Notes under the pieces: model-generated
Seen by the model: only the letters and a program-made list of their open reading frames with translations
The model's database searches: none
What the model was told of the DNA's origin: nothing
Program-made: the position numbers and the translations under genes
Assembly (NCBI GenBank): GCA_964016885.1
Contig: OZ024740.1
Location: 36,890,001-36,954,000 of the forward strand
Source of the DNA: Eledone cirrhosa
Lineage: Eukaryota
Length of the DNA stretch: 64,000 nucleotides
Reading direction: 5' to 3'
In this document: piece by piece, positions 1-10,872 of the stretch
Layout: each line of letters opens with the position of its first letter
Position numbering within the stretch: the first letter of the stretch is position 1

Positions 1-372
1 AGTAGCTGTTCGACATAATCAACAGGTCGGTCACTCCTGGGCACTGGACAATTGCGTGCAGAACGGTTTCGATGTCCTACTCGCATCTTGGACAGGTCCT
101 TTTGGCAGGATCTCTGCCAGGGCGTCCGTGCCTGTAACTTTTGTCTCGAACTGGTAGAACCCTCGGTAGCACTGCCAGGCCAGAGACCTCTGGAAGTTAT
201 CCATAGGCCCTGGACAGAAAGTCCTCCCGAACAGACTGGTCAGTTCGTCCTCCACGATGTCTAGAGTTTCCCCGAGAACGTCGTCGCACTTATCCTCCAC
301 TAATCCCCTATAGAATGTCGGAGTGGAGTCTCCGCTGATTGCCGTTTCCGCTTCGTAGAGGGCTATGAGCGC
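1..372 (-). pseudogene. Tx1-type LINE ORF2 fragment (C-terminal region)
   Basis: ORF 31..300(-) reads DDVLGETL..PGPMDNFQRSLAWQCYRG, matching the ORF2 C-terminus of the Tx1 copies at 22.4, 32.1 and 60.6 kb. Confidence 0.85.
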
Positions 373-384
373 CTAGATAGATAG

Positions 385-448
<64 letters not shown>

Positions 449-508
449 GGGATATATATATACGGGATAACAAATTATTGTTATATGTAGTCCACTTAGT
501 TTCTCGCA

Positions 509-616
509 TGCTCTGATGAATAGACTGGTTATAACTATGTATTGGTGATCGATTGACGCAAAAACAGGCGGGTAGCGATCTCTAGACCTCCCAGTTCAGA
601 GAAACAATTGTCAGCA
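509..616 (+). ncRNA. Type I hammerhead ribozyme with large stem II insert
   Basis: TGCT-CTGATGA-...ACTGG...CCAGT...-GAAA-CAATTG-TC-AGCA. Stem I TGCT/AGCA, palindromic stem III ACAATTGT, GUC cleavage triplet; base of stem II is imperfect. Confidence 0.6.
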
Positions 617-665
617 ATGTGAATAAAGCACTTATTGTATAGCAAACCATGTCACTCTTCTTTCT

Positions 666-1013
<348 letters not shown>

Positions 1014-1039
1014 TATCCTTTGTGTGTGACAGCTCACAC

Positions 1040-1267
1040 CTATGCAGGTTTAGCTGGCCTCCTCCAAGGTATATCTCGTTGGAGGTATCTTGGGTAATTT
1101 AATGATAAGGACCCCAATCCTAACATCTCATTTCTACAGCTGAGTAAACTGGAGCAACGAGAAATAAAGTGTCTTGCTCAAGGAAACAACACATCACTCG
1201 ATCGGAGAATTGAACTCACAACCTTTCGATTGCAAGCTCAATGCTCTAACCACTAAGCCATGCGCCT
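1040..1267 (-). mobile_element. tRNA-derived CORE-type SINE
   Basis: Minus strand has an A box TGGCTTAGTGG, a B box GAGTTCAATTCT, then the CORE-like GTTTCCTTGAGCAAGACACTTT...CAGCTGTAGAAATG. Confidence 0.75.
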
Positions 1268-1942
1268 TTTATATGTATATAACTGTGTTGTACCATTTTC
1301 CCACCACTAGTGTAAGAATGTTGGGTGTGATTTGAGTTACATCTTTTCTAGAATTTATAATAGGATGAGTTATGGCTGTTTGGGAAAGAGGGGGTTTAGT
1401 TTACTCAATGTGTGTGACATGTGTTGAGGAAGGGCTGACTATGTTTTAGTTATATATTTAGATATGGTAACATTATACTTTCTGAATTCTTTTTGTTTCC
1501 TGTAAAACATAGAGAGTCTCTCTGGATTGCATTTGTCACAGTTTTTGTAACAGGATTCTATTTTAAGCAGTGTTAGTAGTCCCATGTCCAACACCCAGGC
1601 TAGGGGACCATGTGCTATTTTTTGTATAGTCTTTACTCTGAAACTTGCTCTGCTTCGTTTGTCCTACAGCCTGTATGCCCCCCCCCCCCTCCTCACAGGT
1701 ATAGACCTCGGGTTTTTGCAAGGTTGATGTTTGTTATTGCCACAAACTGCCCTTCGCATGTCAAGCTTGTATTTTACCTTTCTATTTTTATACCGTTATG
1801 TACGACACGCTCTATTGATGTGATATGTTTACATGCTGGGATGATATTTACAAGCCGGAATGACGCGAAAGGCACTATTTTAATTTCCACGTAGTTTATT
1901 GTAATTCAGAGACAAAATATTTAAAGTGAAAGTAACGCAGAA

Positions 1943-2110
1943 ATAATTGTTTCTACTTTTGGTACAAGACCAGCAATTTCCCCAGTGCATTACTGGTGCT
2001 ATATTTTATCGACTCTGTAAGGATGAAAATTAAACTCAGAACGTAAAGGGCTTTAACTCTATGCAAAGCATGGGATCTGACGTTCCACCAATACTGATGA
2101 TCCACCGCCT
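1943..2110 (-). mobile_element. tRNA-derived SINE (octopus OK-like family), decayed
   Basis: Homologous to the intact copy at 44069-44250 (TTCATCCTTAC..GTCGATAAAATA..ACCAGTAATGCACTGG..AAAAGTAGAAAC). Confidence 0.75.
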
Positions 2111-2189
2111 TTCAGGAAAAATAAATGGTTGCATCTATAATATAATAAAGGGAGTAGGGCGGGACAGTGTTTTATGCCAGCAGGCTCCG

Positions 2190-3240
2190 TGAAACATCTG
2201 CATACAGGTGCAAAATCTGAAGAAAATCAGCTGGATACTCTTTAAGCGTACTAAATCTTAGAATATGATTTTTCTTCCATTTGGAGAAAATCGGTTAGGT
2301 ACTTTTCAAGTTTTATAGATTCGCACCCAGTTATCCGGACAGACATCATCAGTTATGTCTATTGCACTTGCATGCATACTATGCAGAGTAAAGCCTGCAA
2401 TGCTCGAGTAAGACATGTCATGCAACCACACAGCATGTTGGGCCTTCCCCACAGGAGACCATAGCCTCTTCGTAAATCTACCCAATCTGATATAAACCGA
2501 ACTGTTATATCGGATGCCGAACGCTTCTGAGTTACTATTGGGGTCACCATCAACAATTTCAAGTGGGGGTCACCGCAGAATTAGCATAACCTCTGTTCGG
2601 CGTATTTGCGCAGGGTGTTCATACTGCAGTGTAGGTGCAACAAAAGGGTCTTAGTAGAAGTAGCACAGACGTGAGTTTTACGGTATCAATAACACGGGAA
2701 CGGACACAGGGACCGGATTTGCACATGATGAAAGCACGAAGCGTCAACAGAGTGTCGACAAAAATTTTAAGATTCTCCTCATTTCTTCAATCCCCCGAAA
2801 ATGGCCCTGCTTAAAAGTAAGTGTTGTATCCTCTGTTAAATAAACCAAATTTTTAACGAAATATTATACGCTACTTACGATGTTTAAGTAGTGTTTATAT
2901 TGAAAATGAAAATGGCATGTAATGACCAATGCTAATTTGTAAATTTCCTAGAAACCATTAATGGAATCGGAAATTTCTTTTGTCCGCAGCAAACTAATGT
3001 GTGCTGCAAATTTCGAGGAAATCGACTGGATTATCTTTAAGTTACGCCTCAAAAAAGCCTTAAAATGCGGTTTTCGCCTAATGCGGGCCCTAAGGCAAAG
3101 AAAATTAAAATCTTTTTAGCCCATTGCACTTCAAGAAATATAAGTAACGCATCTGTAAAGTTTGAAAAAAATGGGTCTGGTACTTCTCGAGTTTTAGGGA
3201 TTTACACAGACAGACAGACATCCTCTGTTTTATATATATA
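2190..3240 (-). mobile_element. Non-autonomous Helitron-like element, long variant (3' end not resolved)
   Basis: 5' terminus TATATAAAACAGAGGATGTCTGTCTG is shared with 3241-3904; a homologous inverted copy lies at ~41117-42340. Confidence 0.6.
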
Positions 3241-3810
3241 CTAGCAGTGGTACCCGGCGGTGCACGGGATAAGGCATTTTGGAACGCAGGCCGCCAACAG
3301 ACCTAATCGTGGAAAAACTGCATACCTGGACAATATGTAAAGAAAATAAACCGAATATTCTGATGGCTGGATAATCTTTAAGATTTTCCTCGATGAAGCA
3401 GGAAAAATGCAGGGGATCAAGAAAATGAATTTTCTTTTATGCGCATAATATGCCTTGAAATTTCGGGAAAATCGGCTAGATGTAACGCCTCAAAATAGCC
3501 ATAAAAAGCTGAAAAAATGAAGTTTTTCACCTAATGCAGGCTCTGGGCCATAAAAAAGTTGGATTTTCTTTGCTCACGGTATGAAGAAGAGAGTGACTAA
3601 TACATAGTTACAATTTCAAGGAAATCGGTCTGACGTAACGCCTAAAAAAAAACCTAAGAAGCTGAAAAAACGCAGTTTTCCACCTAATGCTGGCCCTAGG
3701 AGATCAAAAAGTTGAATTTTATGTGCATAACACTCCCTCAAACATAAGTAATACACGTGTAAAGTTTGAAAAAAATCGGCTGGGTACTTCTCGAGTTTTA
3801 GGGATTCAGA

Positions 3811-3883
<73 letters not shown>

Positions 3884-3904
3884 CCTCTGTTTTATATATA
3901 TAGA
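3241..3904 (-). mobile_element. Non-autonomous Helitron
   Basis: Minus strand begins TC(TATATATATAAAACAGAGG) and ends with the hairpin CCCGTGCACCGCCGGG followed by CTAG, between A and T; internal (CA)n. Confidence 0.75.
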
Positions 3905-4139
3905 TATATAGAGAGAGAAAGTGAGAGAGCGAGAGAGAGAGAGAGAAAGAGAGAGAGAGACAGAGCGAGAAAGAAACAGTATATGTGAAGAGAGAGATAC
4001 AGACAGAGTATATAGAAATATTGAGAGAGAGTGAAAGAAAAGATGAAGAGATTAGGATTTTTTCAAAACGCTGACACGTATGTGTAAGTGCGTGCGTGTG
4101 TGTATGTGTATATACATACATTTATATGTATAAAAAATA

Positions 4140-4500
4140 CCAGTTACCTCGGTTAGGCGAGCCACCAGTGAAGATAGGAATCTTGCAGTCAGTAGCCCTA
4201 TTCCCGCAAACGTCTCGAATGTCATTGGCTGGAAAATGTAGCTGGCCGAAAGATCTTGGTATTTCAGGATTTTATTCTGTTCGGCTGCAGATGAAGTAGC
4301 TCTCGTCCTTACTGTTACATCCAGGATCAGGGAAGAAGCGATGAATGAAATGACTAGCTGTGGAATCCCAGGTAAGGCACTTTTCTCTTTACCAGGGACA
4401 CGGGGTAGAACCGCCAGGTCTTCTTCCATCAATTCTGGACAACCCAGACGGTTCCAAAACGGAGGGGATATTTGCCCGGGCCAAAGCTCTTAAGAAGTGG
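4140..4500 (-). pseudogene. CRE-like non-LTR retrotransposon fragment, REL endonuclease region
   Basis: RALARANIPSVLEPSGLSRIDGRRPGG..PW and AAEQNKILKYQDLSASYIFQPMTFETFAG; a short second piece is on + at ~36145-36200. Confidence 0.7.
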
Positions 4501-4542
4501 TAATAGGACAGTGTGTGTACCATATATGTGTGTGTGTGTGTG

Positions 4543-4599
<57 letters not shown>

Positions 4600-4727
4600 A
4601 TAAAGAATGTCCATAGAATCATTTGATAATATATATACACCATTTCCTCTCCCAATTAGCATAATCAACCACATAAAAAATCAATTAGACCAGGCTATAA
4701 GATTAAAAGGCACCTATGAAGAAATAT

Positions 4728-4790
<63 letters not shown>

Positions 4791-4838
4791 TATGTATGTA
4801 TACGTACATACATATATATATACAGACGTACAGTAGCA

Positions 4839-4896
<58 letters not shown>

Positions 4897-5046
4897 CAGG
4901 TACACATACATATATGTACGTATCAGTTTAGCGGACGTTTATTATAACGCCCGCTTTGTCCGTTTGTAAACAAACTGACAGCCTGAATTTATGACGTACG
5001 GTGTTAAGGCAACCACGTCACCTTTTTGTTCAACACTGACACAGGA

Positions 5047-5089
5047 ACGATGGACTAGTTTCAAGCTTCTTAGCTATCATCAGCACGGT
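5047..5089 (-). ncRNA. Minimal type I hammerhead ribozyme (family A)
   Basis: ACCGTG-CTGATGA-TAGCT-AAGA-AGCTT-GAAA-CTAG-TC-CATCGT; GUC site; one mismatch in stem I. Confidence 0.85.
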
Positions 5090-5325
5090 ATACCCTTCTG
5101 CCAGATGGTTGAACGTTCGAAAGTATATACTTTCCTTATGAAAATTAACGGCTGAGCAGCCTAATTTGCATATCGAGTGAGTTCAGTCGGCCAGGCGCAC
5201 CGAAAACGATAAGTTGTAATAAAATGAAAACGAAATTTCATTTCTCGCTCTTAGTACGGCACTTACTTAAATGTAAGTATGTATGTATACGTACATACAT
5301 ATATGTATACAGACGTACAGTAGCA

Positions 5326-5395
<70 letters not shown>

Positions 5396-5545
5396 CAGGT
5401 ACACATACATATATGTACGTATCAGTTTAGCGGACGTTTATTATAACGCCCACTTTTTCCGTTTGTAAACAAACTGACAGCCTGAATTTATGCCGTACGG
5501 TGTTAAGGCAACCACGTCACCTTTTTGTTCAACACTGACAAAGGA

Positions 5546-5588
5546 ACGATGTACTAGTTTCAAGCTTCTTAGCTATCATCAGCACCGT
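5546..5588 (-). ncRNA. Minimal type I hammerhead ribozyme (family A)
   Basis: ACGGTG-CTGATGA-TAGCT-AAGA-AGCTT-GAAA-CTAG-TA-CATCGT; palindromic stem III ACTAGT; GUA site. Confidence 0.9.
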
Positions 5589-5905
5589 ATACCCTTCTGC
5601 CAGATGGTTGAACGTTCGAAAGTATATACTTTCCTTATGAAAATTAACGGCTGAGCAGCCTAATTTGCATATCGAGTGAGTTCAGTGGGCCAGGCGCACC
5701 GAAAACGATAAGTTGTAATAAAATGAAAGTAAGTGCCGTACTAAGAGTGAGGAGTGAAATTTCGTTTTCATTTTATTACAACTTATCGTTTTCGGTGCGG
5801 CTGGCCGACTGAACTCACTCGATATGCAAATTAGGCTGCTCAGCCGTTAATTTTCATAAGGAAAGTATATACTTTCGAACGTTCAACCATCTGGCAGAAG
5901 GGTAT

Positions 5906-5948
5906 ACGGTGCTGATGATAGCTAAGAAGCTTGAAACTAGTACATCGT
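5906..5948 (+). ncRNA. Minimal type I hammerhead ribozyme (family A, inverted unit)
   Basis: Same motif as 5546-5588, on the + strand. Confidence 0.9.
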
Positions 5949-6102
5949 TCCTGTGTCAGTGTTGAACAAAAAGGAGACGTGGTTGCCTTAACACCGTACG
6001 GCATAAATTCAGGCTGTCAGTTTGTTTACAAACGGACAAAGCGGGCGTTATAATAAACGTCCGCTAAACTGATACGTACATATATGTATGTGTACCTGTA
6101 TG

Positions 6103-6133
<31 letters not shown>

Positions 6134-6256
6134 GAATATAGACATAGAATATTCGAAAATATTCTGTATGCTTATAATAAACATTTTGAAGACCTAATCG
6201 CTATAGAATAGAATACGTCACGTATTACAATTAGATTCTCGATAAAAGCAAGGGAA

Positions 6257-6299
6257 GTAATCTACGCGTTTCATTCTCGTTAGAAATCATCAGGACTAC
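6257..6299 (-). ncRNA. Minimal type I hammerhead ribozyme (family B, unit 1)
   Basis: GTAGTC-CTGATGA-TTTCT-AACG-AGAAT-GAAA-CGCG-TA-GATTAC; stem I GUAGUC/GAUUAC, palindromic stem III ACGCGT, GUA site. Confidence 0.9.
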
Positions 6300-6566
6300 A
6301 TATCCAGTGCTTTTATCGAGAATGACACAGCTAGAGACTTATAGAATACTTAGCTGTGTACAGGAACTGGTTTGAAAGAGCGGTTGCCGGTCCGGCAGAA
6401 ATTAGAAATTGGAATAAATGCTCTGAAATAGCGATATATATGTGAATATAGACATAGAATATTCGAAAATATTCTGTATGCTTATAATAAACATTTTGAA
6501 GACCTAATCGCTATAGAATAGAATACGTCACGTATTACAATTAGATTCTCGATAAAAGCAAGGGAA

Positions 6567-6609
6567 GTAATCTACGCGTTTCATTCTCGTTAGAAATCAT
6601 CAGGACTAC
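6567..6609 (-). ncRNA. Minimal type I hammerhead ribozyme (family B, unit 2)
   Basis: Identical to 6257-6299. Confidence 0.9.
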
Positions 6610-6876
6610 ATATCCAGTGCTTTTATCGAGAATGACACAGCTAGAGACTTATAGAATACTTAGCTGTGTACAGGAACTGGTTTGAAAGAGCGGTTGCCGG
6701 TCCGGCAGAAATTAGAAATTGGAATAAATGCTCTGAAATAGCGATATATATGTGAATATAGACATAGAATATTCGAAAATATTCTGTATGCTTATAATAA
6801 ACATTTTGAAGACCTAATCGCTATAGAATAGAATACGTCACGTATTACAATTAGATTCTCGATAAAAGCAAGGGAA

Positions 6877-6919
6877 GTAATCTACGCGTTTCATTCTCGT
6901 TAGAAATCATCAGGACTAC
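6877..6919 (-). ncRNA. Minimal type I hammerhead ribozyme (family B, unit 3)
   Basis: Identical to 6257-6299. Confidence 0.9.
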
Positions 6920-7110
6920 ATATCCAGTGCTTTTATCGAGAATGACACAGCTAGAGACTTATAGAATACTTAGCTGTGTACAGGAACTGGTTTGAAAGAG
7001 CGGTTGCCGGTCCGGCAGAAATTAGAAATTGGAATAAATGCTCTGAAATAGCGATATATATGTGAATATAAGTCTCTAGCTGTGTCATTCTCGATAAAAG
7101 CACTGGATAT

Positions 7111-7153
7111 GTAGTCCTGATGATTTCTAACGAGAATGAAACGCGTAGATTAC
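7111..7153 (+). ncRNA. Minimal type I hammerhead ribozyme (family B, inverted unit)
   Basis: GTAGTCCTGATGATTTCTAACGAGAATGAAACGCGTAGATTAC read directly on +. Confidence 0.9.
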
Positions 7154-7310
7154 TTCCCTTGCTTTTATCGAGAATCTAATTGTAATACGTGACGTATTCT
7201 ATTCTATAGCGATTAGGTCTTCAAAATGTTTATTATAAGCATACAGAATATTTTCGAATATTCTATGTCTATATTCACATATATATCGCTATTTCAGAGC
7301 ATTTATTCCA

Positions 7311-7350
<40 letters not shown>

Positions 7351-7360
<10 letters not shown>

Positions 7361-7397
7361 ACGTACATACATATATGTATACAGACGTACAGTAGCA

Positions 7398-7479
<82 letters not shown>

Positions 7480-7589
7480 TGCTACTGTACGTCTGTATAC
7501 ATATATGTATGTACGTATACATACATACTAACATTTAAGTAAGTGCCGTACTAAGAGTGAGAAATGAAATTTCGTTTTCATTTTATTAC

Positions 7590-7591
<2 letters not shown>
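7351..7591. repeat. Remainder of family A repeat, palindromic around a (TA)n tract
   Basis: 7351-7400 matches the start of the family A unit; 7476-7591 continues the inverted unit that broke off at ~6110. Confidence 0.8.
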
Positions 7592-7631
<40 letters not shown>

Positions 7632-7634
<3 letters not shown>

Positions 7635-9869
7635 AATACCAAAAAAACGGCTCAAGCGAAAATATGAGTGGATCTTGTCGAAACGCCACAACAGGAACAT
7701 CGTCACTAACGAACAGACGGACCAGAACCACGTGGAAAACAACACCTTAACAACCGCCACCGCCGCAACCACCAACATCGAGCCATACCTCAACGAATCG
7801 ACGCACCTGGTCACCGACCTAACCGGCACTCTCACGAGCGACGAGCTGAAACTCCTACACCTCGGACCTAAGTTCATCGTCACACAACGTCTCGACGACA
7901 GACTCAAACTCAACATCGAGGCCAACTTTTGTCGAGCCGCTTACCAACTTAAATGGGTGACCGCTATCAACAGCGCCACAGATAATAACAGCGCCGACAC
8001 AACCCACCCCAAGTTCCCCACTTACCACCCCGACAACCCACTCCACCCCACACCCACCACGAACTCGATCGACACTAAACTTATCAGGCTAAAACACTCC
8101 ATCTCGGATATACTTCACAAACACACACACACACGCACAACACATAACCTCACCAAATCTCAACTCACCACTCTCTCCAACCTAAAATCAAGAACCTCAT
8201 CTATCTCCCCTCCGACAAGGGAAAAGAATTCTGCGTCATCAGCAGAGAGGCCTACAACACCCTGGCCCTCCAACACCTTGACGATGACAACCTCTACTCC
8301 AAGGTCACGGGAATCACTCCCACGCAGATAGAAGAACACATCAACTCCGCCTGGACCAACATCTGCGACCGGCGGAAGCTCCTGAAGAAGCTGAGATACA
8401 ACCTTCTCACGAGGAACAGCAGACTACCCGCCTTCTATCACCTCGTGAAAACACACAAAGAGGGACCCGACCTGAAAACCAGGCCCATCGTATCGAGCGT
8501 GGAGGGACCACTCTACAAAATTTCATGGCTCCACGCCAGAATACTCAAACCCATCTTAGACACCTTGCCGGGACACGTTAACAGCTCCGAGGAGGTGTTG
8601 AAGCGCCTGCATCAAATGGATCCCGACACCAGAAGGAATAACAGATATGCCTTCAGCCTTGATGTAGTCGCTCTCTACACCTCGGTCCCGGCACTCCCGG
8701 CCGTCAATATACTAATGGAACGCGTCCAATCCACCGACCTACACTGCTTCGGGCTCACCACCACTGACATCCACCAACTCCTATCCATCGTCGTCGAAAA
8801 CACCTACTTCGGATTCCTTGACTAAATATACCAACAAACCTCGGGATTGCCCATGGGATCAAGCCTATCAGGTGTGCTAGCGATCTGCTACATGGACAAC
8901 CTCGAACGCAAGGCAGTCAACGCCTGCCACCCCAACCCCGTAGCCTTTTTCTCAAGATACGTGGACGATATCCTCATCCTCACATCTTCCCAAGACACGG
9001 GGAACAGAATCTATGAGACGTTCAACAACACGGACGAGAACATTGACTTCAGTGTTGAACACCGCAACGAAGACGGGTCACTTGCCCTCCTCGACTTCCG
9101 AATCAACATCACGGAACAAGGAGGGATCCACTGCAACTTCTACAGAAAGGCAGCCTGCAGGGACCTATTCGTTCACTACAAGTCCGCTCTCCCTAACAGT
9201 GCCAAAAGAGGATACATCACGAACGATATCGCGCGAATCAAAAACAGATGCAGTGATCCCGCGAGTAGTGTCACTCATACCAAGCGATTCCTCGAGGTGC
9301 TGGAGACGAACGGGTACCCTACCTCGATCACAGACAGAATAGGAGACACCAGACGCAAGAGACAGAGAAGCACCCAAGGCAAGTGCTTCCTTAAAATGCC
9401 ACACCTGGGCGAGAAAACCACCAACGCTATCCGCAAGGCTATACGGAGGGAGGGCCTCGACATCCACCTGGCCCACTCGGGCCCCTCCCTGCGAAGATGC
9501 CTCTCCAGGAAACCCGAAAAATCTACTGACGCATGCTCCCTCAGAGACTGCCCGATACGCCATGCTAACTGTTGCCTACGCACATACGTCGTGTATAAGA
9601 TAGAATGTGACAGGTGCAACCAATACTACATAGGTAGCACAATTCGACCTTTGCACATCTGGATCAACGAACACACTAAAACCAGGGCCTCGTCTTTCCG
9701 GAAACACATAGACAAATGCGGAAACAAAGACGGAAGGCCCATTGTCACAATTCTAGCGACTGAAAGAAACGTCGGCACGTTACGTATCAAGGAAGCGCTT
9801 TTTATCAAACGACTGCAACCGCAAATAAACAACCGATCAGAGAGAAGCGAAATGAAATGGCTGGTTTAA
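7632..9869 (+). pseudogene. PLE1 reverse transcriptase / GIY-YIG endonuclease ORF (frameshift ~8195, stop 8823-8825)
   Basis: KTHK..RPIVS, SLDVVALYTSVP, PMGSSLS, RYVDDI, FLKMPHLG, a Cys-rich linker, then VVYKIECDRCNQYYIGST..EH..KEALFI..PQIN. Confidence 0.92.
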
Positions 9870-10260
9870 GTTAACAAGCGATGCAACAATACACAACACA
9901 CGCACACACACACGCAAACGAGACAACTACACACACACACGCACACACACACAGTAGCATTCCACCATACGAACATACTACACTGCTAATACAGATGAAC
10001 AAGGCAACAACACACACACACACTCAAGCGAGACAACAACACACGCACACACACAGTAACATTTAACAAACAGGCAGAGAATGGACTGACAGCTAGCGCC
10101 ATCCCACTCCCTCATTCGGCCGCTGACCTCTGTACGACCGACCCCATTTCACGCGCACGCGCGCTCTGCCGAATGCCTCAGATATTCAAAACAACAAACA
10201 GCGAAAGACGCGTTCCGGACTTGTCCGACAGACAACCTTTTCCCCCACCCCGGAAAAAAA

Positions 10261-10296
10261 CCCCAGTTGATGGATGTGAATCCGAAATATATAGGG
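10261..10296 (+). ncRNA. Degenerate hammerhead ribozyme in the PLE1 3' region
   Basis: CCC-CAGTTGA-TGGAT-GTGA-ATCC-GAAA-TATA-TA-GGG; stems intact, two substitutions in the CUGANGA box. Confidence 0.55.
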
Positions 10297-10616
10297 ACTA
10301 TTAAATCTCTCCCAAGGTAACTCTCTCTTGTGTTGTTATTTTTATTTTTATCCTTTATACTCTTCCCTTCATTCTACACATCTCCCACATCTTATACACA
10401 CCACGCATCTCAACGTACACCCACTTACATCTCTCTCTCCACCACCGGACCTTGTTACCCGGAGATTTACCCATTTGCATTGTCGAGGCTTCCAAACGAC
10501 TTAAAGATATTTACTTATATATATATATAAGGAAGTTATTCCGGGTTGAATCGGAGGTAACCACAGTAAGTAAGGTACTCAATACATAGCAGAGTATAAA
10601 AGTTTTAATATAGATG

Positions 10617-10667
10617 AGATTCTACAGGACTAGAACTGTTTCATTCTTTAGAAATCATCAGGAATCT
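10617..10667 (-). ncRNA. Type I hammerhead ribozyme (family C)
   Basis: AGATTC-CTGATGA-TTTCTAAAGAAT-GAAA-CAG-TTCTAGTC-CTG-TA-GAATCT; identical to 15575-15625. Confidence 0.85.
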
Positions 10668-10801
10668 GGCTTTCCAAAAATGTATGTGTGTATGTGTGTG
10701 TATGTATGTGTATGTGTGTGTATGTGTATATATGTGTATGTATGTATGTATATGTATATGTATATAATATAAGATCAAAAGATGGTTAAAAGTGTTCCAA
10801 G

Positions 10802-10872
10802 TATTTTATTATGCGCATTTCAAAAACAAATATCATCATGGGATGACATCTGCGTTCTCATCAGATAAAATA
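10802..10872 (-). ncRNA. Type I hammerhead ribozyme at the PLE2 3' end
   Basis: TATTTTAT-CTGATGA-GAACGCAGATGTCATC-CCAT-GATGATATTTGTTTTT-GAAA-TGCGCA-TA-ATAAAATA; 8-bp stem I, 16-bp G-U-rich stem II, palindromic stem III ATGCGCAT. Confidence 0.85.

Larger units (their letters stand above)
4788..6110. repeat. Hammerhead-bearing repeat family A: two direct ~499-bp units plus one inverted unit
   Basis: Units ~4788-5274 and ~5275-5728 are near-identical, each with an internal (TA)n; 5729-6110 is the reverse complement; no credible ORF. Confidence 0.9.
6133..7313. repeat. Hammerhead-bearing repeat family B: three 310-bp tandem units plus an inverted partial unit (retrozyme-like)
   Basis: Period 310 (AGGGAAGTAA at 6251, 6561, 6871); 7071-7313 is the reverse complement of part of the unit; both ends lie in (TA)n. 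Confidence 0.92.
7632..10516 (+). mobile_element. Penelope-like element PLE1, 5'-truncated, inserted in (TA)n
   Basis: RT plus C-terminal GIY-YIG ORF followed by a ~650-nt 3' region; (TA)n on both sides. Confidence 0.9.

Noticed and set aside
6133-7070. 310-bp repeats as a CRISPR-like array
   Set aside because: Units are identical end to end with no unique spacers, there are no cas genes, and the context is eukaryotic
7632-9869. Selenocysteine-recoding (Naiad-type) Penelope element
   Set aside because: The endonuclease is C-terminal, the internal stop is TAA rather than TGA, and no SECIS was recognised
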